Positions 10,447 to 25,617 of a stretch of 64,000 nucleotides of DNA are shown piece by piece. Under the pieces are notes generated by a model that had not been told where the DNA came from, made no database searches, and worked only from the letters and a program-made list of their open reading frames with translations. The DNA lies in contig NW_002060952.1 in the NCBI RefSeq assembly GCF_000150275.1, positions 1,292,452 to 1,356,451 on the forward strand, given 5' to 3'. Each line of letters opens with the position of its first letter. The first letter of the stretch is position 1. Made by a program: the position numbers and the translations under genes. The DNA is from Trichoplax adhaerens (lineage: Eukaryota > Animalia > Placozoa).

Positions 10447-13400
10447 CATAAATAATAAGAGAGTGGATTGTAGCAGAGATCCGTATCCTTTCATGAATTG
10501 CATACGTGTACTGCTTATAATTAAACTCGTTATCAATTAGTTCAGCCAGTAAAGAAATTCATATTACGAAGTTACCGTTGATTACAGGAATATGCACTGA
10601 TAATAAGACTTCTTTCGGCGCAGACTACAAATTTAACACATTCCAAATGTATACGGTTGGTTAGCGAATCAAACAATCAAATAAAGGCTATTACTATTTT
10701 TATCTTTTTCGATGAAAACAAAACCCATTAGATCGATATAGCAATAGCTTATTACAAGACATTACTTTAAAGTCGAACTTTCATTGAATTGAATGTAGCT
10801 GGTGCAAATCACAAGAGAAGCCTGATAATGCAGCTATATCAGTTTGAAGCAGAACTACTGCTTTTCTCATTTAGCGAGTACCGTATAAACTGTTAAGCCT
10901 CATCTACTTAAAAGCAGAGCAAATACTCTTTGTTAAGGTATTACATGTTTCAACTACCTTACTTAATATAGTCGTATCTGTTAAGATGCTATGTCACAGA
11001 TCAGCTTCATCGAGCCATCGATATTTATTGAAGTTTAGTCGATTTTATTTCAAAGGTTTTGCTATCATTGTTCAACTTCACTAAATTTAGCTTCATCTAT
11101 ATTTAACCCAATGAAGTCCGAAGTATATCCTTTACCATTTTGATATGGATCTATCTTAAACTTACCATTATCGCTTAATAGTTCTAAATTTTACTGCAAC
11201 TGAGTATCGTATAATAAAAATATCTACGGAAAAGTAGCCTTGCCATTTGAAATTATCTTTGTCTAGAGTGCTTACGAGCTAGCTTAATAAAACTACGATC
11301 TATAATATTTAGAAAGATCTTGGCGAATTTCTTTTGTTGAGATAATTGTATAGTATCGTAAGCACTTCTTGTATAGTTTTCATGGGATTAACTGCAAATA
11401 GGGTCATTCTTAAAATTTATACACAACATGCATCATTTCACATGAACTTCATATTGTAAATGTTACTACAATATAATTTTCATGATAAATATGAAGAGTT
11501 TAAAATTTTACTCAGATATTACTCTCATAAATGTGCTTCTAAATTGCTAATACAATTAATATCTGTTCATGAATAAATCCATTAAAACTAAATAAGCGGT
11601 TTTAAACTCACGTAGCATATTGTCGATCATGAGTATAGCATTATAATCGGCCAAAACTACCAATCTAGTAACGGTATTAATTCGACGGAAAGCGAATCTT
11701 AAAGTTTTCATTTCTGAAATTTTTCCTCGGATCCATATGGAATTAGAATATTGCAGCCTGCATTATCATATAGAATCATCCTATAATTATAAATCTGTTT
11801 TTTAATAGAGCATATCAATAATTACTATAATGTTGTGGTAATGATGATCATCATACGTGACTAGAAATAACAAGCTATTTAGCAGGTATCTTCATTTAAA
11901 TTGATAAAATCTAGCTCAATCAGCCATAGATACGCCCGCACTATTTAACCTATTAGGAACTTCATTAGAAGAATCTTTTGATCTGCTTTTCCTTTAAAAT
12001 AGCGTAAATGATCTGCATTCCTTCTAATTTATCATATACCACCAGTAACTTAAGCACTATATTTATATGCAATTTGAATAATATGGGCTTCTTGCTACAT
12101 AATCCTTTAATTTAGAATTTCAGATCAGTCGTTTAACTGTCATAGATATTCGAGATCTCTTTTACTAATCCAAGTTGAAATTGTAAAGGCAGGTTTTTGC
12201 CGCAAGAGAAATGAAAGAGTAATTATGAGACAAAAGGCTATTGACAGATGTTTTATAATGTTTAACAGTATTAAACAATTAAGCAATTCAAATCATTAAT
12301 CAAGTAATTATAATTTGGAGCTATCAGATACGTAACGTATAGAATATGTAGCCAACTTCTGAGCAATGACTTAAAATAATAGATAAAAATAATATGTATA
12401 TCACTTGATAAACTTTTGCAATAATCTCAATTATAAATTAGCGATTGGGCTAACTAAGGATGAAGATAAGTTCCTATATTTAATTAAATATGCTAGATAA
12501 TTTAGTAAGATAAAATTATTAAACAGTATTACTAGGTAGATCCATTTCTGACGTGTATAATAAAATATTTATTCCTTTAGGAAATCAAATTCCTACACAT
12601 TTTATATTTAAACGACTGTTAATAATGATATTGGTTTAAAGTTAAAATGTATTATGACCGGAATCATAATATCACTTAGTTACTATGAATACAGAATAAT
12701 TGTTGCCTTAATATAATTTTGAAAATAATGCCGTGAGAATGAAAATCTGTTAGAGATAAAATCAATTAACCTTGACGCCTTAACATCAATCATCGAGGAA
12801 GATAAATAAACCTTACCGACTAAATAAAAAGCTCTAAATTGAATATAAACAACTGTTAGATAAAAATCAAGATTGAAAGCAATTCTATCGATCGTTTCGA
12901 TCTATGAAAATATCCATCTCGTTATAATGATAAGTAGTTCATTCAGTGAAAGACAACAATAATTAAAAATTATACTAATATAAGGATTGCAATTAAGTGA
13001 TATGCCAAAGATCAGCCTTTTCTTTATATTTTAATAAGTCATAAAATGGCTAGGAAACATGTTAAATAAGAATTCACTGAAAATTCCCCAATATCAGCAT
13101 TCAGAAAACTAACGCATAGTTTATACGGACGTAAATTTGTAAAATTTGTAGTTAATTAATTATGCTATTGAAAGTTAAAGCCATAAAAATAGAAATATAC
13201 AGGATTTACAATCAAAACGCACAATCTCCCTAGTACCGGTAATAAATCTGAAACGATCAAAATATAAGCCAAGCGTTAGCTATTTTTGCTCTTTAACAGA
13301 TAAATACCAATCAGGTTATTTATGAATATACATAATGACCTCTAGTTGTTTATAATGGAATATGTTAATTTATACGATTTAATTGCAATCATGTTATTGA

Positions 13401-16400
13401 TCGATTTTAAGTTGATATTCTTCAATATCACCAATGTATTATCATTTGGCAGTCTATTCACTAATTAATTATGAAATTTCGTAAAGCTATATATTTTATC
13501 ACAGGAAGACTTGTTATGCATAACTTCCTAATTTAATTAAACATTAAAATTAATACTATCATATTATGCTAACCTACGTTAAAGGTAATGGAGTTTACTA
13601 AGATAATTTAACAGTACACATAATTAAAATGAAAACAAGGCTGATCATAATTAAAATGATGTCTACCTACGCCATAGATATTAATCTATTTATTAATTAA
13701 CATGTTATTTTACTTGAAGTATAATCTTCGACAGTCCCATTGGATCGGACCATATGGAAAATAAGAAATATTATCCTGGAATTGATTATGTTAATAGATA
13801 ATGTAAAGCCTCGATTGTATGTTAATCGATACTTTTATCAATGAGGTAAAAAAAGAAGAGTTTATCAGCTTCTAAAAATATTCCCTATAATTTCCTCTAC
13901 CTTGTTTATTTGACCATTTCTATTTATGCGTTATTCAAGAAATAAAATAAAGTGGAAAAATAACTAAATAATTTGATTTCAGAGTATATCCGTATTAGCT
14001 CTACACTAAATCAAATTATGAAGATTCAAATAATAATTTCTCTTTTCTTATCTACTATATTCTCTCATTCAAGACTTCATCCTGTTAGGATTTTACATCT
14101 GTTTCATTTGAATCAGTGATTTATGGATTTCATATCAATTATAATTAGCATTTAGACAGGCTTATTACCAGCTCAAATAATTTATTTAGAAGCTATAATT
14201 CTATAGAATAAACAGTTATCCTTTTCTAGATTACTTCTATTTTATCTCTTTATAATTTAGATATTTATACTTTCATAAAATTACAAAGCAATATATGTTT
14301 TAATTTCAATTGGGTTGATTGGTTAATATTTCATATTCAAATTAAAGCGCAGAGGTTAAAGGTAATATACTATATGACTAATTTAAAGACTTAAACGAAT
14401 ACGTCAGTATCCTGCTACGTAAATTATAGACCAGATGAATAAATTTATCAAAATGAAAATTTCATAATGGCCAAAGTTTGAGAACATTATAAATACCTAG
14501 TATTATGATTAATTCCATACTCCATTAAAAGAACTAAATATAAGTGATGAGGTCGCTTTAATAATTTCAAAGAAACAACTGTTCAATTTACGTAGGAAGA
14601 ATTTAGAAGATAGGATTAATACCATACTTTTATTTAAATCATATAGCCATTAATACTATCCTGCTCTATTATAACTTCATCCGAATTCTCTTAAATAAAT
14701 CCAGAGCTAAAATTCAGTTCAGCTATCTCGAAAAATTAGAGCCCTTTTCTTTACGTAACTCGTATATCTGATTCTAGTTAATATATTTTAAAATGAGACC
14801 TTTTGACGGTAAATTACAATATTTCTTTATTGAGTAGGGTTATTTAGAAAATGCATCAGCTATACAATAATAATGGATCATTCCCTAAAAAAATTTAAGT
14901 GTACTGTGTTAGAAATTAATTATCCTTTCAAATTCAAATTAATGAAGGAATTTTTATATGTTCTGAATATTATCATCATCGTTGATACCTATATTTACAT
15001 TATAGTCAATATTGCATTCAACACTGTAGTACTTCGATTCAGTCCAATTGCTAACTGTATAAATTAAAGCGATTCATCTTTTTACTGATTTTCATTATTA
15101 ATTCCCATGATATATTTTTGAATAAATTGTGTTCGATTTCCCATGATCACGATTAGATTATTATCACAATTTCTTCATTTTCCAGTCTGCTATTTTATTC
15201 AGATTTCAAATTCCAATACAAATAAACCCATTGATGAATATTATTACTCAGTTTATAAATAGTTATTTATCAGTGGAAAATATGAATATTTCAAGAGCTG
15301 ATATTTCAAAGCTTATTTTAGCCTTTTCTACGGACATGGTATTTGTCGACTCATGTTTATTTTTGTTCGTATTGAATAGACAGTTACATTTTCGAATTCT
15401 TAAATTGCATCACTACTGATACCTGATATTAGTAGTATTTACATGATAAAATATAGATTTAACAAAACTGTGGACAAAATACACCAGTAATTCAAAAATT
15501 TAATCCTCATGTGTCCTAAAAGTATTGATTTTCGATTAAAAAAAAACATCTGAATTAAAAAATCAACGTCCGATTAATCGCGATAGTGGACACTAAAATC
15601 AGCTATAACATGATTTCGATCCTTTATTCCGAGCATCCGTTGTATATATTAGACAAACTCTTGAGCTATTTTTATCTCTAATAATCGATACATTTGCATC
15701 TCAGAAATCTGATTGTTTGTAATAATAGTAAACTAGATCGGTGATTTATACAAAATAGATTTATATGGCAAAGTACTACCTATTCATATTGTCTGCTATA
15801 TTTTCAATACATTAATATTCAATCAATCATAGACAAAATTTAATATTCGTTCTGGTTATTTACTCCAGAAACGTGACACTAAAATTTGAAAGGTGACTAG
15901 TAATAATAGATTTCACTATTTCGACGTTTTATTAGATACGAGTTAATACCGAGTCATTGAATATTTTCTAATGATAAAAGTATAACCATTCGGAATGTAC
16001 AGTAGGTATTGAGGAAGGTTGAAAGATTTAAGATTTTTATTTCTGCTTTGTGTAATTAACTTTAGATTTAGTTGCAGTGAAGTCTAAATATCCGGATATA
16101 CTATTCGTATCTAACTCGGAATTAGTCTTACAGTATGCTCGAGCTGTCCTGCTAAAATTTAGGAAACTATGCTGTCACAAAACAGCTTTGCAACAAGATA
16201 ACGTAATATGCGATCAATAAGTCAATTCCTTGAACCACTTATCAAGGAAAGATATTTGCACTATCACAAACACTTTTGCTTTACTAGCAGACTACACAAA
16301 GATTTAAATGCCTCGTATTTTACGTTAAACACTAAGTTGGAGAATTCACTTTATTTCACGATATGCTGCATTTATATACTATTCCTCAATAGTTCATGAG

Positions 16401-19400
16401 TCATAGTTAATACAATTAACATTGGAATCATTAACTGAATTAGATATTAATTTTAGCTACTGCTCCCTTAATGCAGGTAACAGTATTTACGAACATAGAC
16501 ATGTAATGACTAATACAGAATAGTCAGATTACGATATGTCCTATCACGGAACATTTCCATGATAATTTACAGTCTACCATAAGTAAATTACAATCACAGT
16601 GATTCGAACTGTAAGTAGATGATTTACCTTCCCTATTATAACTATTAATTTCAGTATGTGTATAAGTGTCACTGTCATAAAAAGTCAGTGCTATATTAAA
16701 ACACAGTATATCCAAATTAGAAGTTAACTAAATAAGGATAAGCTAACAGAATTATCCTAACATAGATATTTGTACTGTAATGCAGTACATAACACTGTCA
16801 CACATACATTTAAGGAAATGATGAGACTAGATTTAAATTAGTAATTTAAAACAGTTCAACCTGGCACTACCTTTTAAGAGTTTATTTTGTATGAGTACTA
16901 AGGAGTCATTTAGTCAGACCTAATGATTGATACTAAGTTAATTTTATCTCCTTAGGAGTTTCTCACTGGTAAAACTTATAATCATGGTCGTATAACTGTA
17001 AATTCCAATTCTTGCGGTTTCATCTACTGAATATCTATTTCTGATAATCACTACGCTTTAATTTTTAGAAATTTAAATAGTACGATCTTAATCTTAATTC
17101 AAAATCTACTAACAATGTGATAATTGAATTGGATGTTAAAACCTACTGAGAAAATAAGAGGTGATTGAGTTATTGGATCTCAAATTACCGTTTACCCTTG
17201 GTTGATAGTACACTAAATTATATGTTTAATCCTTTGAACTAGTTGTTTCTCATTAATGTTACCCCTGAGGGCAAGGGTAAACAATAATTACACAAAGGGT
17301 GAACTCTTCATGACCATGATTGAGATATAAAAGAGTCTTTATCGACTCAAAATAATTATAAATCAAGATAAAACAATGCAAATTAAATGGTGCCACAATG
17401 CAAGAAATTAGGAATGATTACATATTAGAAAGATGATAGTAGAATCTAAATTATCCATTCAAAGTAAGCCATATCATGTATAAAAGAAAGCATACGGAAT
17501 CAAACAGAAATCTCTTTCTTATTACCACAGGACATAGACGTAAGGATTGGTAAACAAAAATTGCTAACATTTCGGATAGCATAAACGATTGATAAGTGTA
17601 AATATAAAAAATTGTTACTAAATTAGTAAGTAACCGATTTAAATGATATTACATCATTGATAGGGTTAATCCTATGAAGTAAAATGATGATGATATAATA
17701 TTAGTTATTCCATCCTATTTAATAATTAAGATCAAATAGATTAAAGATGTCGTTATCAAATTAAAAATAAAATCAATAAATTGAAAAGGATGCCAGGTCA
17801 AATTTATATAGAATTATTTTCTAACATGTCTTAAATGATTTAATTGTAATTTCTTCGCCGTTATTATCCTTAAATTTGATATAAGTGAATAGTAACTGTA
17901 ACTATTTTTTTAGTTGATATTGTTATTTAATCTGTAACACGCGCTATGAATTGTCGCCATGATTAATTTGCCGACTGATATTGAAGAAAAGTTGATGAGA
18001 GATGATAGATGATAATGAATAGAATTAGCAGAGAGTCATGACAATAATTTTAAAATGATAGAACAATTGAATTAGTTATGATACGGGCGATGATAACAAC
18101 AAATAAATGGGCACCAATTGAATAAATTCAATTGGTTTTAAAAAATATCAAGAAAGACAGATAACAATTAAAGTAATTCTTGGAATAAGGGACATAAATA
18201 AAAAACCTGTATCTATTCAAAGAATCTCTCATCGAAAAATCACAACTGTTACTAACTTAACAAACTGCCTTACAAGACAATACAACAACTTCCATCTTGA
18301 CAATGGTCATGAATAACCGTCATCAACAAGAGTGGGAGGGAAAAAAGCTGTTAATGCTATCATTAGATAAGACAATCGCCCGCAATCGTTATAAGGGCAG
18401 TTAATTGAAATTTTACAATCCTATCGTAAGTCAATAAAATCAAGAAATTATTTGATTAAAAAATAATCATCTTGAAACAATAGCACCAGTCTTGATGATT
18501 AAAACAAAATTCTATTAACGTCGTAAACTAAATTGAAAAGTAAATAAATCGCAGATTACAGATAAAATTTTAATTTTATCTTGCCTTTTATTTGTCAAAA
18601 AATTATTACAGAAGACATTACCAGTGATGTACGGTGCTATACATTCATCAGTCATGAGAAATTATAAATCTATATATTTTTATCTTGGTGAAAAGTTGAA
18701 GACAATTTTTGTTTATTTCATTTTATTCTGTTTATCTGTTGTCATTCAATGTAGTGATAGTTAGAAAAAATCAATCTCGATCAGGGGTGGAGGTGCATTA
18801 TTCTGCAATAGATTTGTCATGGCTTTACTTTATCCTGATAGGATTGTCTTCATTTTGCTATGTTGTTCCTGTTATGACTGATGACGATCACAGCAAAAAA
18901 ACAGAAGAAAATATTAATTTATTAATACTGTATCATCCTCGAAAAATCGAAAATCTTGCGCTTTATTAAAATTAATTATTGGTACTAATTTAATCATCAA
19001 GTTTATCGACTTATAATAGAATTCATTCCATCATCGTCACAAACGTCGCTACTATTGATTGGCAATAAAAATCATAGCTGACTTTTGCGATATTGTTGTT
19101 CTTATTTTCTCATCATTTCCTATTTAGATTTCCTCTGGCCTCAATCAGGTTCTAATTCTTGATATCAACATCTTAGACGACAAAAATAAGCACAACATAA
19201 TTGCAATCAAATTAATAATTATCTTTGTCTAGATTACATCTATCTGTTTATCATGCTGATTACCGAGCATTGGTTTATTCTTTCTTCAGTGTGATTTGTT
19301 ATCCTTAGACTTGACAAATGGGCCTAAAACTCAATTGATACACTTGAATTGTACTAAATTATTTCTAATTTACGCAATTAAGAAATTGATTTCCAATTCT

Positions 19401-22400
19401 AAAGCCCTGAGAATAGTTGCCAGTCCGTAGAAAGAATTCAAAACTATAAATAATTTAGTATGAAATTGTATAATATGATATAGTTGAAAACAATAGTGAT
19501 GTAATCGACATTCAATCCTCATATTATGCTACAATCATCAATTAATTATATCATTATTGACTTTATTTCAAATTAGAACTGTTCTCATGATAAAGACTAA
19601 TTTGTTCAACGCGTAATATTATCGAAAAATAGGTTAATTTGATATCAGCATCGAAAGTAATCGATTCATTTTAAGTCAGTGATCATTATTGTTTTACGTA
19701 AAATGTAGTAATTTTGATATAGTTTTTTCTATATATCACACCCTTTAGTTGATAAGTAAAAAAATTAAGTTAACTTAAAAAGATTAAGGGTGATTTCTGA
19801 ATGTCATGGAACATCTTTTTCAACTATCAATTGGATATGAATAAAATAACTCTACATCTATGATAGTATTTGAATAGATTAATAAAATTTTATACGTTTT
19901 AATAACTATAACGAATTGATAGGTAGTCTTGATTCAAATAATAGACATTGATAACGGTTAACAACTCAATTATATTGTCATGATTGAAAAAATTGTATTA
20001 CTTTTAATAGATTAATTTATTTTTAAAAACGACAATACGTCTGGCCCTTGATCAAGTGATTTACCTCTTTTTAATTTAATTACAGTAAAAAATAATCTTA
20101 TTGCAATTTTTTGATATATTTTTTATCAGCTTTCCGATTAACAGCAACCAAAGTAGTAAAAATCTTATGTTGCGCTGACATAAAATGCAAAAGCGATAGC
20201 AGACGTAAATATTAAGAAAATGAAATAAAGAAATTGTAATTTATGAAAGTAAGCCTATTAACTGGAATAAACTGAACGTACTTTAACCACTATAATGAAG
20301 TGTATCTATATAATTTAACGTGTAAAATTAGTCTAGATACTAGTGTCGGCAGTATCTGATCTTATTCAAATTGATAATAGTCTGGTGGATAATTTTCTAT
20401 TATGAACAATCAAATGAAGTGTGCTTGTTATTAATTTGAATGATAATAGCATGGCATCAAGACGAATAGATTGGATTGATTGATGAAAACAATTTAATTT
20501 GAAATTGTATCCAATTGTCATAATGATTCTTTACAATTATTAGATGATTGATTGTGAACAATCCACTTGATATCCTCCTACTCTCATTTCCTGACTATAC
20601 TTTCAACTTCCTCTCTTGACAATTAAAGCAAACATAATCTACTCAATTCAACAAAACACTACTACTAAACTATATTCACTACGTGGTCCAAGTAGATTGA
20701 AAATTATAGCACTGATGTGAATTAAATTATTACCTGGTTGTATAGCATGAAAGGAAGAGAAAAAAAATCAATATCTTGTTATTTTTAAAGTACGGTCTTC
20801 ATCATTTTCTATGGAGTCTTTATCATCTTTATAAATTAAAGTTAATTATAATCGTTCTTATTTTAAGCATACTGTATTTAATCTGGCAATACCATATTCT
20901 CCCGACATTCCATTAGTTTTATATGTAAATCCATTAGCAATTAGTTTGTACACGTGTCTGGTATTAATAACTATAGGTCGGAGATAAGGATAACAAAACA
21001 ACATTGGACATGGAATATCAACAGTTTTGATTTACATCTGCTACCGGAGTTAATACATGAAAGGGAAAAGTAGACAACAGATTTGATTCCATTCATAACA
21101 ATACAGTTCGAAGTAATCGGGATGATAGTAGGAACAAATCGTTATTAGTCTTCTATCCACAATAAGGCATTGGTTGAGCATAAAATATAATCCTCTATCG
21201 TTTTATTAAAGATAGTATATCGCGGATTACTAGCAAGAATTAATTACAGAAAATGTATTCTGACTATATAAGAGTGGAATACAGCAAATCCACTGCACAA
21301 GATAGTAAGCAACGAAGCAAGTAACAGCAATAAGATACACCAGCATTGACTAGTAAATAATTGAAAGGTGTATCATCGTTGTTAGCGTTGCCTACTAGCA
21401 TACGTTGAGTAAGAGGCGCTTGTTAAATGATAGTTAATACTATCGCTCAAGTTCGTTATTATCTCGGTTGAATTTAGGCTAATACTTGACATCAAATGAA
21501 ATTTTCCCTTAATAGAACAGTTATTAACAGTATTGAATTGGAATAGATAAAATGGAAAGACTTTAGTTGAAGTTTGGATTAACATCTGCAATACACTAAC
21601 GAAGTACAATAAGTCCATCTTCAAAAGATTACGCTTAGTAACGATTTATAAGTTGATCGGTTGTCTCCTCTTTTCCTTAATGAGAACAATTTAATTAAAG
21701 CTATTGTTCTGATCCTCTTCTATTATCGACTAACACATAAACCTTCATTATCAAATCAATTCTTTTCTCTAGATAGTTTTAATTAATGTTCAACCGATAT
21801 AGTAAGCATCATCATTATCTAGATCATCTATACGACAACTTGGTTTATCTCTATTGGTTAACTGCTGTATCTAAGTCTCTTATTATCGACCATAGCCTAT
21901 GATAAAGGTGATTTAATTAATGCAATTGGATGCAATCAATGATTAATAAGAATGTTTATATAGAAAATTTTCATTCATTATCATCCTTAGTAGAGGGTTT
22001 TATTTTAGTATCAACCAATCATAACGATAGCGATAATCGCTCATCATCGATACTTTAACTAGTGCTACGTAAGCGCTATAAGCTATCACTAAAAATTTAT
22101 AGCTTGATCATGAATCTATCAAGATACAGGATGATGATTAAACTGGATTCTATTTTTATCAAGAAATATTACCATAATTAATCAGGAAGAGACATAGCAG
22201 AAGAAAATATCCATTTTAGAGCATTATAAATGCCAACTAAAATAGATCGTTGTATGGATTACTGATGACGTTAATAATAGGTGTAGAGTAGAAATTGTCC
22301 CTGAATGATAATTTAAGGAAATGATTCATGAAGTGGCATAAACGTCATAGGTAGTAGTAGTGTAGGGTGGCCAAGCAAAGCTACATTCTTCTTACCTTAA

Positions 22401-24318
22401 TGACGCGGAAAAATGCTTGAAGACTAACTCAGCGATTAGTTGATGGACAACATCAAGTTCAACTCTATCAAACCACAATAGATGAATAGTAGAGCTAGGA
22501 ATAGTTGTATAATAAAAGGAAACGATTGCTCCAATACAAATAAACTCAACAATACTTCAAGCAAATAATATGACTTGTCCGTTTACAACTGTAACTAATT
22601 GATTGTTCTCTACCCTATCTAGACGTAATATATTTTTTCCTCTTATTTGCATTTATTTTGTTCTTTCATTTACATAGAGTATCTTTTGATCTTGAAATGT
22701 AACAACTTCAACAGTAATCACGACAAAGATTGAGTTGTATCGTTTATTCAATATAGATCACACTCTTCAGAGTTTACTATTAAGGTTAATTTCAAGGCGT
22801 CATTATAATCATCCTCATTTAAGAGGACTATAATAGGTATAGATCATTTAATTGCGATAGTTATTACTGCGGCTTATACTATACTGTGGCTTGGGGATTT
22901 TTTTGAAATAAGCTAAAGAATCAGAAAATCACGATCTATAACAGGTCCTCTTTTAATTAATATATAAAAATATGACAAGACTGAATTGAAATGGATTATT
23001 TTTTTATCCTACAAGGTTTAGATACATGCTATTACATCGATCAATCATCTATTTCAACAACTTATTTCCATTAGTTGATGACAATAAAATATTCAAAATT
23101 AAATTTAGTCGTAGTAGGATACGTCCATCTATGCCTGTTCAGTATGTGATGTAGTGGACGTAGACACGCTTCTAGATAAAAGAAGCGTGGAAATAATGAA
23201 AAGATGCTTCTAAAATGTCAATGAATTGAATAAAAGAAAAGAAACTTGAAAACCGATGTCGATCATGCCACATGTTTCAACAAGTGAATTTTTACACAGT
23301 TAAAAATAATTTTTCAACTTATCCAATTGAATGATGTCGTCAAGTCTAATGGAAAAGTCCATGGGACATGTTAAACGACCGCCTTCGATGAAGGAAACTG
23401 CAATGCAACTAATAGATAGTTAAACAAATTTTGACCACCATGATATAATTTACGGCGTCATAAAATAATCATGATAATAGTTTATGTCATGGCTATTATC
23501 TTCAAGTCCACTTGTATAGTCAATCCATTCTATTATTAATCGTTTCTATTTTAGACTCATTTCCCTCCCCCTCGTAATCAGACTTTATTTTACTTACCTT
23601 TTACTGATAATTTTTTTTTTGCTAGTCATTATCATCTACTTAACGCTATTTCCTACTGTCTCTCTTTCTGTCTTTCGATCGCTTATTGACTTACAATTGG
23701 ATAACGATTGATTCTTTATCCTTTCCAACGACTCTGATGCCTTGTTGTATCACTTTTGCCCTAGTATTAGCTCATTTTGAGTAGACCTATCGTAAGGTGG
23801 TCATGCTTAGCTATTGCAGCAGGAATACATCAATCGATTAACCCATCATACATGAGAAATATTTTTAACATGATGATAACAACTTCCTAGGAGTCAAAAA
23901 TTCTCATTCCAATCGTCTCTTTCTGCCTTGTATCTAGATATTTATAACGATAGTTGACGTCAATATCATAAGGTAGCAAAGTCGTTGGCAATTTACATTG
24001 ACCTTCTTATTGACATATGATCTATTGTTGCAATTAATGGGTAATATGTAACACTGTTGAAAGTTTAATCGATGCCGTCGTAATTGTGCATAACAATAAT
24101 TCAAACCTTATTTAATAGGCAAACAATTAGATTGTATTATTTCACTTAAAGACAAATCAACTCATCAAGTTAATCAATTGTATCAATTTTACAACTGCTT
24201 ACTTGTAGTGAAAGATCGAGCAGTATTGGATTCTATTTTTCATCGGTACCCCGCGTATTTACTATCATTCTTTTACAGTCGTCGTCTGTGTTTTTTTTTT
24301 ATTTGCTATCACTTTCAG

Positions 24319-24353
24319 AGTGGTGAAGAAGTGCAGCAAAGCTCGTCGTCAAG
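24319..24353 (+). other. Exon-like 35-nt segment, possible alternative upstream Pitx exon
   Basis: Long T tract plus TTTCAG acceptor, and AAG|GTAAAG donor. One frame (VVKKCSKARRQ) would join the Pitx exon at 36811 in frame. Confidence 0.3.
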
Positions 24354-24654
24354 GTAAAGTGGAAGGTTAAATTGCTTAGAAAACTTATTATGGCTATTTT
24401 ATAAAATTAGATGGATAAATTAATATAGTAAATGTAGAGGATAGTCGAAATAGGGATAGCGATTCAATCAAAAGGTCGAACCTTACTTTTTTTTTCCTAT
24501 CGTCATGATTCATCTCATTATGTACTATTGCCGTAAGAATGAAGGAGATGGGAAAAGATACCATCAGGGCAAACAATTTTACTAGGCCTGATTAGATCGT
24601 GTGATTATCCAACTTGACTTTTAATAGTTAAATAATAAAATAACAATAATTGAA

Positions 24655-24885
24655 TGCAGTTGTTACAGTTGTTACCGTTGTTAACCTATTCTAACTTTTC
24701 GCCCGCCCAACTTCTATTATATCCTTAACCAATTCCCTCTTCATCATCATCAAAGTCTTTTCTTATCCATCAATTAATTTTTAAATCTCGACCTACTGTC
24801 TATGTTACCCTTTTATTCAATGTTATCGATACACATGCGACCCTATATATAATCGTAAAATTATTATTGATCTATCATCACTTGT
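24655..24885 (+). promoter_or_regulatory. Candidate Pitx core promoter
   Basis: Three CMGTTG motifs at 9-bp spacing (24657, 24666, 24675), GC box CCGCCC at 24703, CCAAT at 24729, TATATATAA at 24844-24852, and Inr-like TCATCACTT ~30 nt downstream. Confidence 0.5.
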
Positions 24886-25223
24886 GCCACATCTCAACAG
24901 CTGTTGTCTTGCCTTAGTCCACCTTAATTCTATCAATTATTTGATCTACTATTACCAATCTTCAAGTGAGTGATAAGAATTTGTTATTCCTATTTTCATC
25001 CATAACGATTGATTCAATTTAATCATTGACTTAACCTGCTCTTACTTCATCTAATTTTTTAATCATATCACATTTTGTATTAGTTGACTTACATTCAATC
25101 TTACTGTTCATTTCTCCAGCCGATAAATAAAACAACTTGCTTCAAACTTGTCTTGAAAAAAATCAAATTTCAACGATTAAGACTTCAGCCTCTTCAATTT
25201 CATAAACTTATTAGCAACTAAAG
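24877..25223 (+). other. Two candidate non-coding 5' UTR exons of Pitx (~24877-24965 and 25120-25223)
   Basis: Donor CAA|GTGAGT at 24966, acceptor TTTCTCCAG at 25119, donor AAG|GTAAGG at 25224. Neither exon contains an ATG. The Pitx coding exon opens at an acceptor (36810) that implies an upstream donor. Confidence 0.5.
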
Positions 25224-25597
25224 GTAAGGTTATTAATCTCTTAATTTAGTTTTCTCTTTCTCGTCAATCGTTTTATTTTACATTCTATATCTGCCTGAAG
25301 CCCTTCTTAAGTGTTCTCTTTCGTTTTAATCTTTTTATTGATCGTCAATTTGTCTCTCTTTCTTCCCCGTTGATTGATTGCCCTTGATGTGCGTATACTG
25401 CGACTTCTTACTTGCCGACTAAGTCATTTCATGAATTCAGATGATCGATATACGCTGATTTAAATCAACTTCTTATCATTTCATCAACTATATTAACGTC
25501 ATCATCCTTGAAATAGTTAATAATTCGTCCGATAAAACGACATGACCAATTTAAAATTCAAATTAAAACATGTAATTACAGTCTACTTGGATTCCAT

Positions 25598-25617
25598 GTT
25601 GTTGTTGTTGTTGTTGT
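25598..25617. repeat. (GTT)n microsatellite
   Basis: gttgttgttgttgttgttgt. Confidence 0.85.

Noticed and set aside
18288-18300. ACTTCCATCTTGA recurring near 29816 (and partly at 58)
   Set aside because: Many 12-13-mer matches are expected by chance in 64 kb of AT-rich DNA.
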